Positions 1-9,381 of a stretch of DNA of 43,464 nt are shown in pieces. Position 1 is the first letter of the stretch, and the number at the start of each line of letters is the position of its first letter. The DNA comes from Candidatus Parcubacteria bacterium (GTDB taxonomy: Bacteria; Patescibacteriota; Minisyncoccia; Phycocordibacterales; UBA918), in assembly GCA_046050355.1 (NCBI GenBank), contig JBJOPW010000009.1, positions 1 to 43,464 on the forward strand. The letters are read 5' to 3'. Both the position numbers and the translations under genes were made by a program. Under the pieces are notes generated by a model. The model was not told the origin of the DNA. It did no database searches and saw nothing but the letters and a program-made list of their open reading frames with translations.

Positions 1-58
1 AGACGAGGTGGTATTTGCAATCAAAGACGGTATGGCTGGTCTTGCGGTAGAGTTGCAT
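1..58 (-). mobile_element. tnpA: IS200/IS605-family transposase TnpA (Y1 HUH), 5' end only, runs off window
   Basis: Minus strand from ATG at 58 reads MQLYRKTSHTVFDCKYHLV, the typical N-terminus of IS200 TnpA. Not in the ORF track. Confidence 0.85.
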
Positions 59-85
59 GGAGTGTAGTGTACCACCTTAAAAGAA

Positions 86-99
86 TCGCCTGAAGGCGA
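86..99. repeat. Subterminal hairpin of the IS200-like element (left end)
   Basis: TCGCC-TGAA-GGCGA hairpin ~30 nt upstream of tnpA; IS200/IS605 ends carry such hairpins. Confidence 0.55.
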
Positions 100-189
100 G
101 GGGTTTGCTCCCAAAGGTTGATACAAACAATAAATTTCTCTGTAGGATTGCCAAGCAACCATCTAAGGCTGCGTTAGGAGGAAAAGTTC

Positions 190-363
190 ATGAAACCGAA
201 CGACGATCGGGACTGGCGGTGGAATGGTCGTCCTGACCGCCGTCTCCCGAGTGTCAGGGGAACCTCGAACCCTGAAGAGTCCGACGTCACCGGAGCTGAT
301 GAAGTTGATCGTCTTCCAGACGACCGGGAAGATCCTGCCTCGGAAGGTAACCGCAACGGCTGA
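190..363 (+). CDS. Small hypothetical protein, 57 aa (MKPNDDRDWRWNGRPDRR...)
   Basis: AGGAGG at 176-181, 8 nt before ATG; followed by an intrinsic terminator at 401-430. Confidence 0.4.
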   Translation: MKPNDDRDWRWNGRPDRRLPSVRGTSNPEESDVTGADEVDRLPDDREDPASEGNRNG

Positions 364-400
364 CGAAACTGCCAGCTGAATACCGACAGGAAGCAACGAC

Positions 401-430
401 GGAGGCGCGGGCTTGCTCGCGCCTCCTTTT
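401..430 (+). terminator. Intrinsic terminator
   Basis: GC-rich stem GGAGGCGCGGGC/GCTCGCGCCTCC followed by TTTT. Confidence 0.7.
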
Positions 431-516
431 CATATTTCCCTTTTTCCCTACCTTTTGCTAGGATGTGAGTGCGCTGCCAGTTATTGTCCAAATGCGCCAA
501 ACTAGCCTTATATTCT

Positions 517-1119
517 ATGAAATCTGAAATGAACCCAATCCAAAACAACCTCGTCCCCATGGTGATCGAAAAGACCCAGGGTGGCGAACGTGCCTTTGAT
601 ATCTTTTCACGCCTTCTCAAGGAACGTATTATCTTTATCACCGGCGGTATCGAAGATCACATGGCGAACCTCGTCGTGGCCCAGCTCCTCTTCCTCGAAG
701 CCGAAGACCCAAAGAAGGACATTTTTCTCTACATCAACTCACCGGGCGGGAGTGTGACTGCCGGCCTCTCGATTATCGACACGATGCACCACATCAAGCC
801 AGACGTAGCGACCGTCTGTGTGGGTATGGCCGCGTCGATGGGGTCACTCATCCTCTCACAGGGCGCTAAGGGTAAGCGGGCAATTCTCCCGAATGCCGAA
901 GTGATGATTCACCAGCCATCAGGTGGTGCCTACGGCCAGGCATCTGACATCGATATCACCGCCAAGCACATCATGAAGACCCGTGATCGCCTCAACAAAA
1001 TGCTCGCGAAGGCCACCGGCCAAAAGCTCCAGCAAATTGAAAAAGATGTCGACCGCGACTACTTTATGGATGCTGAAGAGGCCAAGGCCTATGGTATCGT
1101 TGATCAAATCTACAAGTAA
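517..1119 (+). CDS. clpP: ATP-dependent Clp protease proteolytic subunit
   Basis: [26 protein letters not shown] (catalytic Ser), MIHQP. Start at 517 or 529. Confidence 0.97.
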   Translation: MKSEMNPIQNNLVPMVIEKTQGGERAFDIFSRLLKERIIFITGGIEDHMANLVVAQLLFLEAEDPKKDIFLYINSPGGSVTAGLSIIDTMHHIKPDVATVCVGMAASMGSLILSQGAKGKRAILPNAEVMIHQPSGGAYGQASDIDITAKHIMKTRDRLNKMLAKATGQKLQQIEKDVDRDYFMDAEEAKAYGIVDQIYK

Positions 1120-1149
1120 GAAGAAGCGGCTCAGTTGAGCCGCTTCTTT
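1120..1149. terminator. Bidirectional terminator after clpP
   Basis: AAGAAGCGGCTCA/TGAGCCGCTTCTT inverted repeat between convergent genes. Confidence 0.75.
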
Positions 1150-1352
1150 CCCTTTAGGTGGTCGACAATCATATCCGCCAATGCATTCCAACAAACGCAA
1201 GCAAAGATGAAGAGGAGGGCGATTTTGCCCCAGCTCCACTCCACATGCCACACCCCGTACGTAAGAGCAACTGGCGTGGTCAATAGGAAGAGCGCTTTTA
1301 GTCCCTTCCATAGAACATCAATCACCTTACTAATTTTTAGGAACGTTAACAT
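1131..1352 (-). CDS. Small membrane protein (about 2 TM helices)
   Basis: GAAGGAG 6 nt before ATG at 1352; two hydrophobic segments, basic C-tail. Confidence 0.55.
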   Translation of the reverse strand: MLTFLKISKVIDVLWKGLKALFLLTTPVALTYGVWHVEWSWGKIALLFIFACVCWNALADMIVDHLKGKKRLN

Positions 1353-1500
1353 CGCCATCTCCTTCTGGCTAGCCTAAACCAAGAATACCAAAATTGCGAT
1401 CGATGTACAAATGATCAATTTTCTGGTACTGTAAAAACACAACCGTACCGACAGTTTTGACCGCCTCGCCACCCCTTTTACTGAACTTAGTCCCTGACGT

Positions 1501-3030
1501 ATGCCACCAATATCGCCGATTCTCGTGATATTCATGAGTCTTGGGGTTGGAATCGGCGCTGGATACTACCTCCGCTATCTCCATGCCCTTGGAAAAAAAG
1601 CCTCCATTGAGCTCTCCATCAAAGAAAAGCTCGTCGAAGCTGAAGAAAAAGCTCTCAAAATAGTCGAAAAAGCCGAAAATAAGGCTGAGACACTACTCGC
1701 CGAAGCCAAGGCCGAGGAAAAAGCCACCGAGGAAAAACTTGATCACAAAGAATCACACCTCCAAAAACGGGAGGAGCTTTTGGATAGTCGCCAGATTGAA
1801 ATTGATTCCCAAAAAGAAGCCTTGCGAACTAAGGTAGAAGAAATCAAAGCTATCAAAGCCCGCCTCGACGAACGCAAAGATGAGCTCGATGAACGACTCG
1901 AGACGATTGCTGGAATTACCCGTGAAGCAGCCTACGCGCGCATCATAGACAAAGTGGAACACGAACGAGCAAGTGACCTCGTCACCCACCTCCGCAAAAT
2001 TGAGATGTTTAATGAAGAGCAATTTGAGGCAAAGGCCCAGAATCTCCTTCTCGCCGCTATCCACCGCGTCGGAAACAACATGCCAACGAGTGTGATGACC
2101 GCCCATGTTGAAATTCCAAGTGATGACATCAAGGGTAAAGTGATCGGTAAAGAAGGACGGAATGTCCGCGCCTTTGAGCGCGCTACCGGAGTGGATGTGC
2201 TCGTTGATGAGACTCCTGGCTACGTCGTCCTCTCGTCATTTGATCCAATTCGTCGGGAAATAGCACGGGTCGCCATGGAAGCCCTCGTCAAAGACGGCCG
2301 CATCCAACCGGCGAAGATTGAAGAGTGTGTCGAAACCGCACGCAAAGAAGTCTCACAGACCGTCCGCAAGATGGGTGAAAAAGCTTGTTACGATGCTGGG
2401 GTACCGAACCTCCACCCGGACCTCGTCGCTATTCTCGGTCGCCTCCACTTCCGCACCAGTTATGGTCAAAATGTGTTGTGGCACTCAGTGGAGATGGCCA
2501 ATATGGCTGCGATTATCGCTGAAGAAGTGGGCGCTGACGTGGCCGTCGCGCGCGCTGGTGCTCTCCTTCATGATATTGGGAAGACCGTCAGTCACGAGGT
2601 CGCTGGTACCCACGTTGAAATTGGTATTCGTATCTTGCAGAAGTACGGTGTCGACGAAGCCGTTATCCTCGCGATGCGGGCTCACCACGAAGAGTATCCG
2701 TACGAAACCCCGGAATCAATCATCGTCCAGGTCTGTGATGCCCTCTCGGGTGCGCGACCCGGGGCCCGTCGTGATTCCATCGAGAACTACATCAAGCGCC
2801 TCGCTGACCTCGAAGCGATTGCGACCACCCTTGAGGGCGTCGAGAAGGCGTTTGCCATTGCCGCCGGTCGCGAGATCCGTGTGCTCGTGAACCCAACCAC
2901 CCTCAATGATTTTGAAACCCACGCCCTTGCGCGCACCATCGCGACCGCTATTGAGGCGAAGCTTCGCTATCCCGGTGAGATCAAAGTCCACGTCATCCGT
3001 GAGACCCGTGTCGTCTCATACGCTCGGTAA
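1501..3030 (+). CDS. rny: Ribonuclease Y
   Basis: N-terminal TM, coiled coil, KH domain (KGKVIGKEGRN), HD domain (LLHDIGK), C-terminal YPGEIKVHVIRE. Confidence 0.97.
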   Translation: MPPISPILVIFMSLGVGIGAGYYLRYLHALGKKASIELSIKEKLVEAEEKALKIVEKAENKAETLLAEAKAEEKATEEKLDHKESHLQKREELLDSRQIEIDSQKEALRTKVEEIKAIKARLDERKDELDERLETIAGITREAAYARIIDKVEHERASDLVTHLRKIEMFNEEQFEAKAQNLLLAAIHRVGNNMPTSVMTAHVEIPSDDIKGKVIGKEGRNVRAFERATGVDVLVDETPGYVVLSSFDPIRREIARVAMEALVKDGRIQPAKIEECVETARKEVSQTVRKMGEKACYDAGVPNLHPDLVAILGRLHFRTSYGQNVLWHSVEMANMAAIIAEEVGADVAVARAGALLHDIGKTVSHEVAGTHVEIGIRILQKYGVDEAVILAMRAHHEEYPYETPESIIVQVCDALSGARPGARRDSIENYIKRLADLEAIATTLEGVEKAFAIAAGREIRVLVNPTTLNDFETHALARTIATAIEAKLRYPGEIKVHVIRETRVVSYAR

Positions 3031-3032
3031 AC

Positions 3033-3077
3033 TATAACAAAAGCTGCCCGACCAGAGGTCGGGCCGCTTTTGTTATA
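3033..3077. terminator. Terminator after rny
   Basis: TATAACAAAAGC..GCCCGACC/GGTCGGGC..GCTTTTGTTATA inverted repeat. Confidence 0.75.
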
Positions 3078-3322
3078 CCCACCTCCCTATCGCCGTATGA
3101 ACGAAACAGGCGTACGCTAAATAGGAAAGGAGTCGCGCCCATGTTCTTCTTTACGACACGTTTTTGTGTGAACACATGGCTCGAATTCATGTATCTACAC
3201 AGCCAAGCCTGGGGAATATTTTCTCCAGCCACCCATCTCAATCTACCTCGGTCGCTCCCTCCCCCTAGCGACTGAGGCCCCGGCGGTCAGAGGATCCTCC
3301 CCCTCTGGCCGCCCCCTTCGTT

Positions 3323-3889
3323 TTACAGTATTGGCTCCGCGACGACAAAGGTCGTTTTATTTATTTTTGCATCTTGAATTGAGGCCTCAAGTATCGAGAG
3401 TCCATACACTTCAGCGGCACGGCGTGACGCTATCACCGCCGTAGTCTTTGGCAACACGCCACTCGCGAGATCGGCAGCCGCGGCGGCCGTGTCTTTGTAC
3501 GGCATTACCTCTGCTTCAACCCACTCCCGCTCGAGATATCCCCGACACTGCTTAATGGCCTGATCATGCGAAATGATAGTTGTAATTATGTCTCTGGTCA
3601 CACCCTCGGCCACCAAGAGCATATGGTGTACGTCCATATCAAACATATTTTCGATTTTACACTGGTATTTCGCCAGTGCATGGATAGCTTCGATGACCAG
3701 CCCGCCGTTGTTGTTCATCACCGGAAATATGGCTTTATCTATGGCTTTTTCTGCGAGTGCGGCGAGTACCGCCTCGGCGGTAACCAGTGGCACGATAGTG
3801 CTATCAAATAACCCTTCACTGTTACGATAATATTCTCCAGCCTGTTCCGAAAAACTACCAATTGCTCCCATCACGCCAATTTTTATCAT
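3323..3889 (-). CDS. Prephenate dehydratase domain protein (no ACT domain)
   Basis: GAIGSFSEQA, SHDQAIKQC, DTAAAA, IQD...NKTTF match PDT motifs; protein ends right after the catalytic domain. Confidence 0.85.
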   Translation of the reverse strand: MIKIGVMGAIGSFSEQAGEYYRNSEGLFDSTIVPLVTAEAVLAALAEKAIDKAIFPVMNNNGGLVIEAIHALAKYQCKIENMFDMDVHHMLLVAEGVTRDIITTIISHDQAIKQCRGYLEREWVEAEVMPYKDTAAAAADLASGVLPKTTAVIASRRAAEVYGLSILEASIQDAKINKTTFVVAEPIL

Positions 3890-3955
3890 CTTCGTATCGT
3901 ATCATAATCAGTTTCGGTATCAATATTACAACACACATTTTTACCAAGAGAAGTG

Positions 3956-3984
3956 TTGGCGCAAAAATATCCTTACTATATAAT
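3956..3984 (+). promoter_or_regulatory. Sigma70 promoter of hup
   Basis: TTGGCG-17 nt-TATAAT. Confidence 0.6.
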
Positions 3985-4067
3985 GGTGCTAAGCCAACAT
4001 TTCGGCAGCGCGGCTCAGCGTCAACTTGAGCAGACAATATTACACGTACAAATAAATTTTCCGTACT

Positions 4068-4340
4068 ATGAACAAAGCAGATATCATCGCAAAAGTGCAC
4101 GAAGTACTTGGTGGAACCAAGGCTGATGCAGAACGTGCAGTAGACACTGTTTTTGGCAGTATCGAAGCTGCTCTTAAAGATGGTGATCAGGTATCAGTAG
4201 CTGGTTTCGGTATTTTTGAAGCCAAGAAGCGTGCTGCCCGCGAAGCACGTAACCCACGCACCGGTGAGACCGTAAAGGTTCCAGCCATGCGCGCTCCAAA
4301 GTTCCGCGCTGCCAAGGCTCTCAAGGATTCTGTAAAGTAA
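4068..4340 (+). CDS. hup: DNA-binding protein HU
   Basis: MNKADII...GFGIF...ARNPRTGE...PKFRAAKALK. Confidence 0.97.
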   Translation: MNKADIIAKVHEVLGGTKADAERAVDTVFGSIEAALKDGDQVSVAGFGIFEAKKRAAREARNPRTGETVKVPAMRAPKFRAAKALKDSVK

Positions 4341-4351
4341 TCAAAGAGTCA

Positions 4352-4394
4352 AAAAACAAAACTTGTACCACACGCTGGTACGAGTTTTGTTTTT
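4352..4394. terminator. Terminator after hup
   Basis: AAAAACAAAACTTGTACCA/TGGTACGAGTTTTGTTTTT inverted repeat. Confidence 0.8.
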
Positions 4395-4540
4395 GCACAT
4401 AGTTATACCGATATCTATCCCCTATTAATCCCCATACATATCCTCTCGCGTCAATAGTTTCTCTATGATAAAATATTCGTGTAGCGGAGGTAATAACGCT
4501 ATGGAAGTAGTAAAAGAGTGGATCTTCACTATTTCCCATC

Positions 4541-4581
4541 ACAAAACAAAAACGCCCTTCAGCCGGGCGTTTTTGTTTTGT
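4541..4581. terminator. Bidirectional terminator at the end of the HD gene
   Basis: ACAAAACAAAAACGCCC/GGGCGTTTTTGTTTTGT. Confidence 0.8.
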
Positions 4582-5234
4582 TACCGCTTCCCTTCCCATT
4601 CAGCAAAAAATTGTTCAAGAAACCCTTCCATATACCGATGTCTATCAGTAGCAATTTTCTTTCCCGTTTGAGTATTCATCAAGTCTTTTAATAACAAGAG
4701 TTTTTCATAAAAGTGATTGAGACTGGTCGAGTCGCCATTTTTATACTCTTCCTTATTCATGGCTACTCTTGGTGGAATATTAGGGTCGTATAATTTGCGA
4801 TTCTTATGACCCCCATACGTAAACACACGAGCAATTCCAATCGCACCTTGCGCATCAAGTCTATCTGCATCTTGTACTACCGCTAATTCGGGAGACATCC
4901 ACTTCTGTCCTTCCAATGAACCCTTAAATGAGATGTGCCTGATGATATTTTCAACATGTTCAATCACATCAGTAGGAAGATCAAGTGACTCTAGGAAGGT
5001 TCTCGCTGTTTTTGGTCCAATTTCTTCATCTCCATCATGAAACTTAGAGTCTGCAATATCATGCAGCAAGGCACCTAACTCAACGACAAGCCGGTTGACT
5101 TGCTCAGCTTCCATAATGAGCTTGCTGTTGTTCCAAACACGGTTAATATGCCACCAATCATGACCTCCTTCGGCTTCGGCGAGGGTTACTTTTACAAATT
5201 CAACGGTTTTTTCAATTATTTCCTGGTCTGACAT
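4581..5234 (-). CDS. HD-domain phosphohydrolase (YedJ/YpgQ-like)
   Basis: GHDWWHINRV, LLHDIAD, VQDADRLDA, HFYEKLLLL; start moved to MSDQEII. Confidence 0.92.
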   Translation of the reverse strand: MSDQEIIEKTVEFVKVTLAEAEGGHDWWHINRVWNNSKLIMEAEQVNRLVVELGALLHDIADSKFHDGDEEIGPKTARTFLESLDLPTDVIEHVENIIRHISFKGSLEGQKWMSPELAVVQDADRLDAQGAIGIARVFTYGGHKNRKLYDPNIPPRVAMNKEEYKNGDSTSLNHFYEKLLLLKDLMNTQTGKKIATDRHRYMEGFLEQFFAEWEGKR

Positions 5235-5244
5235 ATCGAGTATA

Positions 5245-5679
5245 TTACCAACCATACTCTGAATACACCACACCGTTCATATATGCTTGAAGTGCGTCTT
5301 TCACGTATCCAACCATATTTACCGGCAAGTTATCTAATGGAAACCAACTGAGGTCATCACATTTATCCGGTTCGTTATTAATGATGTCACCTGCAAATAC
5401 ACTGGCAATCATAAAGAAATCAATGCGTTCGTCTTTTGCCGCTTTACGATGCATAACATGCACAACTGTCAGGTCTTCTGGTTTTATCGTGACACCTATC
5501 TCTTCTCTAATCTCGCGCGCGCAACCCTCCCGCGCTGTTTCATTACCATCAAGGTGACCGGCCGGTACGCCATAGTTACCATCTTCAAAGCCAGTATTAA
5601 ACCGACGCTGGAGGAGTATCTGATTATCTTTGATGAGGAATAGGTAGGCTGAACCAATATAGGTGAAACGGGTAGACAT
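5245..5679 (-). CDS. NUDIX hydrolase
   Basis: Nudix box GHLDGNETAREGCAREIREEIG; NEPDKC; start MSTRF. Confidence 0.93.
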   Translation of the reverse strand: MSTRFTYIGSAYLFLIKDNQILLQRRFNTGFEDGNYGVPAGHLDGNETAREGCAREIREEIGVTIKPEDLTVVHVMHRKAAKDERIDFFMIASVFAGDIINNEPDKCDDLSWFPLDNLPVNMVGYVKDALQAYMNGVVYSEYGW

Positions 5680-5698
5680 AGGGGTAGTATAGCAACAA

Positions 5699-6346
5699 TT
5701 ACACCTCCCAATTGAGAAGACTTTCTTGTATTGACTTAGTTGTCTCATCATTAACGTCTTCTGGGTTTATACTAGAATTGGCAAATATCACTTGCTCAAT
5801 ATCTTTGAGCATCCGTTCTCGCTCATCGATATCTTCTGCTGAAAAACCTGGTTTGTTTCGAGAGATGTATCTGGCACGGAGATCATCCATTCTCTCTTGT
5901 ATGCTGATGATTCCAAATGGACCAACTCTCATATCACTGTAGGTAGCGATTTTTGCTCCCAGAGAATTACCAGCATGTACTGTGGCGGTATTTTCTGTAC
6001 CAATAGCATCAAGAGCGTAGCTTGTCGCCTCGGTTCCAGGATTTATTTCGTTAATTATAGCTACTGTGGCCAAATGCTCATCGGCTCCATATTGTTCTTT
6101 CATCTCAGCTTGCACTTGAGTCCAATACCCTACCCCTTCTGGTTCGTATAGCTCGGCCATACTGTCCATCTTTGCTTTAATTAAATTCCCCATATCGTGT
6201 AACAGACAGGCGGTGACAATATTCCTGGTATCAAGTTCAACGGTAGATTTGTCGCAGATAAGCTGAGCAACAGCGGCTACTCGAATCATATGCTCTCGCA
6301 AACCTTTGTTAATTCTATATTTGAGGTATATGTTGGTTATGTTCAT
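5699..6346 (-). CDS. HD-domain protein
   Basis: EHMIRVA, LLHDMGN, YSDMRV; start MNITNIY. Confidence 0.85.
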   Translation of the reverse strand: MNITNIYLKYRINKGLREHMIRVAAVAQLICDKSTVELDTRNIVTACLLHDMGNLIKAKMDSMAELYEPEGVGYWTQVQAEMKEQYGADEHLATVAIINEINPGTEATSYALDAIGTENTATVHAGNSLGAKIATYSDMRVGPFGIISIQERMDDLRARYISRNKPGFSAEDIDERERMLKDIEQVIFANSSINPEDVNDETTKSIQESLLNWEV

Positions 6347-6369
6347 AGATATTGAAGTATAGCAAAATT

Positions 6370-6683
6370 TGCGGGTGAGAAGAATCGTCCTGACGGTCAC
6401 CAAGCTATATTTGTTACAAGAATCGGTCACTCTCATGGCTATATTATTTCGCAAGCTCATAATCTAGCTCATTCGCTCGGTTCTTACAGAACCTGTCCAC
6501 TCATTCGCTTATTTGTTTCGAATAGCTCACAAATATGCAGAATGAGTCTTGCGAAATGGGGCCCATCCCATTTCTCACCCCACTCGCGTCGACCCAGAGG
6601 GTCCCCGACGCTCGGTTCGATTCTTCTCACCCGCTACAAACGGCAGCGAGCCAAACACTTTCGTGTTTGGCTCGGCCGATTTG
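6370..6683. repeat. tRNA-linked structured element, copy 1 (Gly-TCC)
   Basis: Direct copy of the tRNA 3' end at 6370-6387 (17/18), inverted copy at 6615-6634, scaffold shared with copies at 13964-14137 and 17795-17997. Confidence 0.8.
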
Positions 6684-6754
6684 TGCGGGCGAGAAGAATC
6701 GAACTCCCATCTACTGGTTGGAAGCCAGTCATTTTACCACTAAACTACGCCCGC
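6684..6754 (-). tRNA. tRNA-Gly(TCC), CCA not encoded
   Basis: GCGGGCGTAGTTTAGTGGTAAAATGACTGGCT-TCC-AACCAGTAGATGGGAGTTCGATTCTTCTCGCCCGCA cloverleaf. Confidence 0.95.
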
Positions 6755-6847
6755 ATATTTAATTGTCTGCTTTGCACTCCTATCGAAGTCCCGAGATTTT
6801 AGCACCATTTAATGAAAATTGCCACTCTAGTTTGCTATACTACCCCT

Positions 6848-7948
6848 ATGCAGTTCATTATCGATATTTTGGTGGCCGGACTGATGGCCTACCTCTCTTT
6901 TACTAACTATCTTGCTGTCGGCATCGAGAATCTTTTTGGTGCTGACGAACCAGAACCCACCGAATCAGCACCAGTGGCAGAAGCCCAGGCTGATACCGTA
7001 AGCAGCGAGCCGACTCGACTCGAATCTATCTTTGCCCGCATCCCAGACATCTTGAAGCGTAGTGCCGAATACCAAAAGGCAGCGGTCATAGACAGTACCA
7101 CTATCGCGGCCACACCCACCACCAATCCGGAGGCGGCTATTGTAAACATTTACTGTACTTTCACCACCGAACGCACCATCCGTACGACGACTGGTACCGG
7201 CTTTATGGTGAGTGAAGATGGTATCGTCCTCACCAATGCCCACGTCGCCCAGTTCCTCCTCCTTGAGGCCTCAGGTGCCCTTGGCGATAGTACTTGTACC
7301 ATTCGTACCGGCTCCCCCGCTGCTCCCCGCTATGTAGCTGAACTACTCTACATCCCACCGGCCTGGGTCTCTGAACATGCTTCCTTGATCGATGCCACTG
7401 CTCCGAGCGGCACCGGCGAACGTGATTATGCGCTATTACATATCACGAAGTCGGTTGATGATACTCCGCTCCCAGCCAAATTCACTGCCCTCCCCCTCTA
7501 CGATGGCCAACTAACACAAAAATCAATTCGCGGTGAGGTGATTGCGGCTGGTTACCCTGCCGTGTATGCCGCCGGCGACACAGACACCAATCTCCGTACA
7601 CGAAGCGCTACCACCTCGGTGTCTGAGCTCTTTACCTTTGGTAAGCAGGATGTCGATGTCCTCGCACTGCGTGGTAGCAGTATGGGGCAGCAAGGCTCAT
7701 CCGGTGGACCGGTCGTCAACGCTGACGGCTACGTGATTGGGATGATTGCCACCAGAGGTAACGATGAAACCGACGGTCCAGGTAGTCTCCGCGCTATCAC
7801 CATTGACCACATCAATCGCACTATTACCGAAGAAACGAACGCATCCCTAAATCAGCACCTCAGTGGCGATATCGCCTCTCGCGCTCGCATCTTTGCCACT
7901 ACTATGACACCGTTCCTTACTAATCTATTAACACAAGAAATTAACTAG
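6848..7948 (+). CDS. Membrane-anchored trypsin-like (S1) serine protease, no evident PDZ
   Basis: GTGF, LTNAHV, DYALL, QGSSGGPV; N-terminal TM. Confidence 0.9.
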   Translation: MQFIIDILVAGLMAYLSFTNYLAVGIENLFGADEPEPTESAPVAEAQADTVSSEPTRLESIFARIPDILKRSAEYQKAAVIDSTTIAATPTTNPEAAIVNIYCTFTTERTIRTTTGTGFMVSEDGIVLTNAHVAQFLLLEASGALGDSTCTIRTGSPAAPRYVAELLYIPPAWVSEHASLIDATAPSGTGERDYALLHITKSVDDTPLPAKFTALPLYDGQLTQKSIRGEVIAAGYPAVYAAGDTDTNLRTRSATTSVSELFTFGKQDVDVLALRGSSMGQQGSSGGPVVNADGYVIGMIATRGNDETDGPGSLRAITIDHINRTITEETNASLNQHLSGDIASRARIFATTMTPFLTNLLTQEIN

Positions 7949-7949
7949 G

Positions 7950-7987
7950 ATCACAAAAAGCGACTGAGACCAGTCGCTTTTTGTGAT
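7950..7987. terminator. Bidirectional terminator
   Basis: ATCACAAAAAGCGACTG/CAGTCGCTTTTTGTGAT between convergent genes. Confidence 0.85.
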
Positions 7988-7993
7988 AGTTTA

Positions 7994-9373
7994 TTACTCT
8001 TCAATGAGCGTTGTCCCAAATATATCGTCAGCCATCTCCGTGGCAATATTTGCTTCGCCTTCGGTCGTCGTGGCGGTGCTTGTCGCTTCAGGTACCTTGG
8101 CTGCCATCATCATGGTCGCGGTATCTGGATTCTCATTAGTAAACGATGCCAGACTAAGGATTGAACGAGTGTAGTCACGGGCTTCTTGAGCTGCTGATTT
8201 CGCTACCATCACGTCAGTATCAAATGATGAGGAAGCGGTCTCTAGAAGCGTTTTTATCTTTGGTACCGTGATAGTAACCTTATCGCTAATACCGGCATCA
8301 GTAACGACGGGGAGTGTTTGCTCAATTTTAACTAGAGCTAATGTGGCCTCGTCATAGGCTGTCATAGCCAAAGCTCGTTCTTCTTCTGGGGTCAGTACCA
8401 TTGGGACTAGCGTCTCGATGGCCAAAGTTGTCCGCACATCAATATCCGTCATGAACGTCAATACTACTTGCATATCTCGCCAGGTCTGCGTTAAATGATC
8501 TTGCCCTTTAGCAGTATCTTCAGTATAGAGGGCTGTGCCTGTTACAATCTTTCGTTCGATATCTCCCAATCGTCGTTCAATATCGGCGTACTCCTGCGCA
8601 GAAGCATCATCTTTTATGCTCAAGAGTAATTCACGTCCACGGGTTGTTTCCTGTTCTAACTGAGCGAGTAATCGGTCATATGAAACAGTGTCTTCCGAAA
8701 CCTGAGCCACTTCCGCTTGCGCTTCGTCAAGAGCCATCGCAATCGCGACTGTCGACATACCTTCAGTGGTACTTGCCGTGTCTCCTGCTCGCAGAGCAGC
8801 TGACTGCACATCAAGAACAGAGACAAAGGCTAATTCTGCCAACGCCGCCGCATCAGCATCAGTGCTTCGTAGCGTGGCGATCTCAGCAGTTGTAGCAGCT
8901 TGATGCTCACTCACGGCAGCAATAACACCAGCTTCGATTTCTGGAGTCAATTTTCCTTCTTTGGCTAAAATACGCGCTTCGGTAATGCGACGTTCTAATC
9001 GTTTGGTTTCCCAGGCAACTTTCTCATAGCCACCGCTGGTGAGACTGGCACGCACCTCTTCATTTACTCGCACTTTCATCGGATAGAGGACATCCCCTGG
9101 TACGGCTCGTTCAGCCAGTACTGGCACACCAATTATTACAAAAGCAAAACAGCCCAGTACCAGCTGGCGATAGAGACGAGTTGGCATCGCCCATTCAATA
9201 AACGGTTCTTGAAATAGTGTACGGCGAGTACTTGATGCTTGTTTTGCAACCGAAGTAGTGAGTGGGTGGTACGCCATATACGCAGTGAGTCGATCACGAA
9301 GAACATCCTTCTCCGCTGCTGAAAGACGGATGTTTGATGCTTGTTTCTTAAACTGTTCGCTAAATCGTTTCAT
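7994..9373 (-). CDS. DUF5667-like membrane protein, putative anti-sigma partner
   Basis: Single TM then AVPGDVLYPMKV..NE..RA motif; directly downstream of an ECF sigma factor. Confidence 0.75.
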   Translation of the reverse strand: MKRFSEQFKKQASNIRLSAAEKDVLRDRLTAYMAYHPLTTSVAKQASSTRRTLFQEPFIEWAMPTRLYRQLVLGCFAFVIIGVPVLAERAVPGDVLYPMKVRVNEEVRASLTSGGYEKVAWETKRLERRITEARILAKEGKLTPEIEAGVIAAVSEHQAATTAEIATLRSTDADAAALAELAFVSVLDVQSAALRAGDTASTTEGMSTVAIAMALDEAQAEVAQVSEDTVSYDRLLAQLEQETTRGRELLLSIKDDASAQEYADIERRLGDIERKIVTGTALYTEDTAKGQDHLTQTWRDMQVVLTFMTDIDVRTTLAIETLVPMVLTPEEERALAMTAYDEATLALVKIEQTLPVVTDAGISDKVTITVPKIKTLLETASSSFDTDVMVAKSAAQEARDYTRSILSLASFTNENPDTATMMMAAKVPEATSTATTTEGEANIATEMADDIFGTTLIEE

Positions 9374-9381
9374 TATGTATA

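Noticed and set aside
3141-3275. MFFF peptide as a Phe attenuator for the PDT gene
   Set aside because: It is downstream of and on the opposite strand to the PDT gene.
6438-6540. UGAG...CGAAA on the minus strand as a hammerhead ribozyme
   Set aside because: No CUGANGA core, and the flanks pair directly with each other, so there is no three-way junction.
6370-6701. tRNA 3' direct repeat as attL/attR of a prophage or island
   Set aside because: Only ~300 bp enclosed, no integrase, and an inverted copy plus shared scaffold is present. A remnant origin is not fully excluded.
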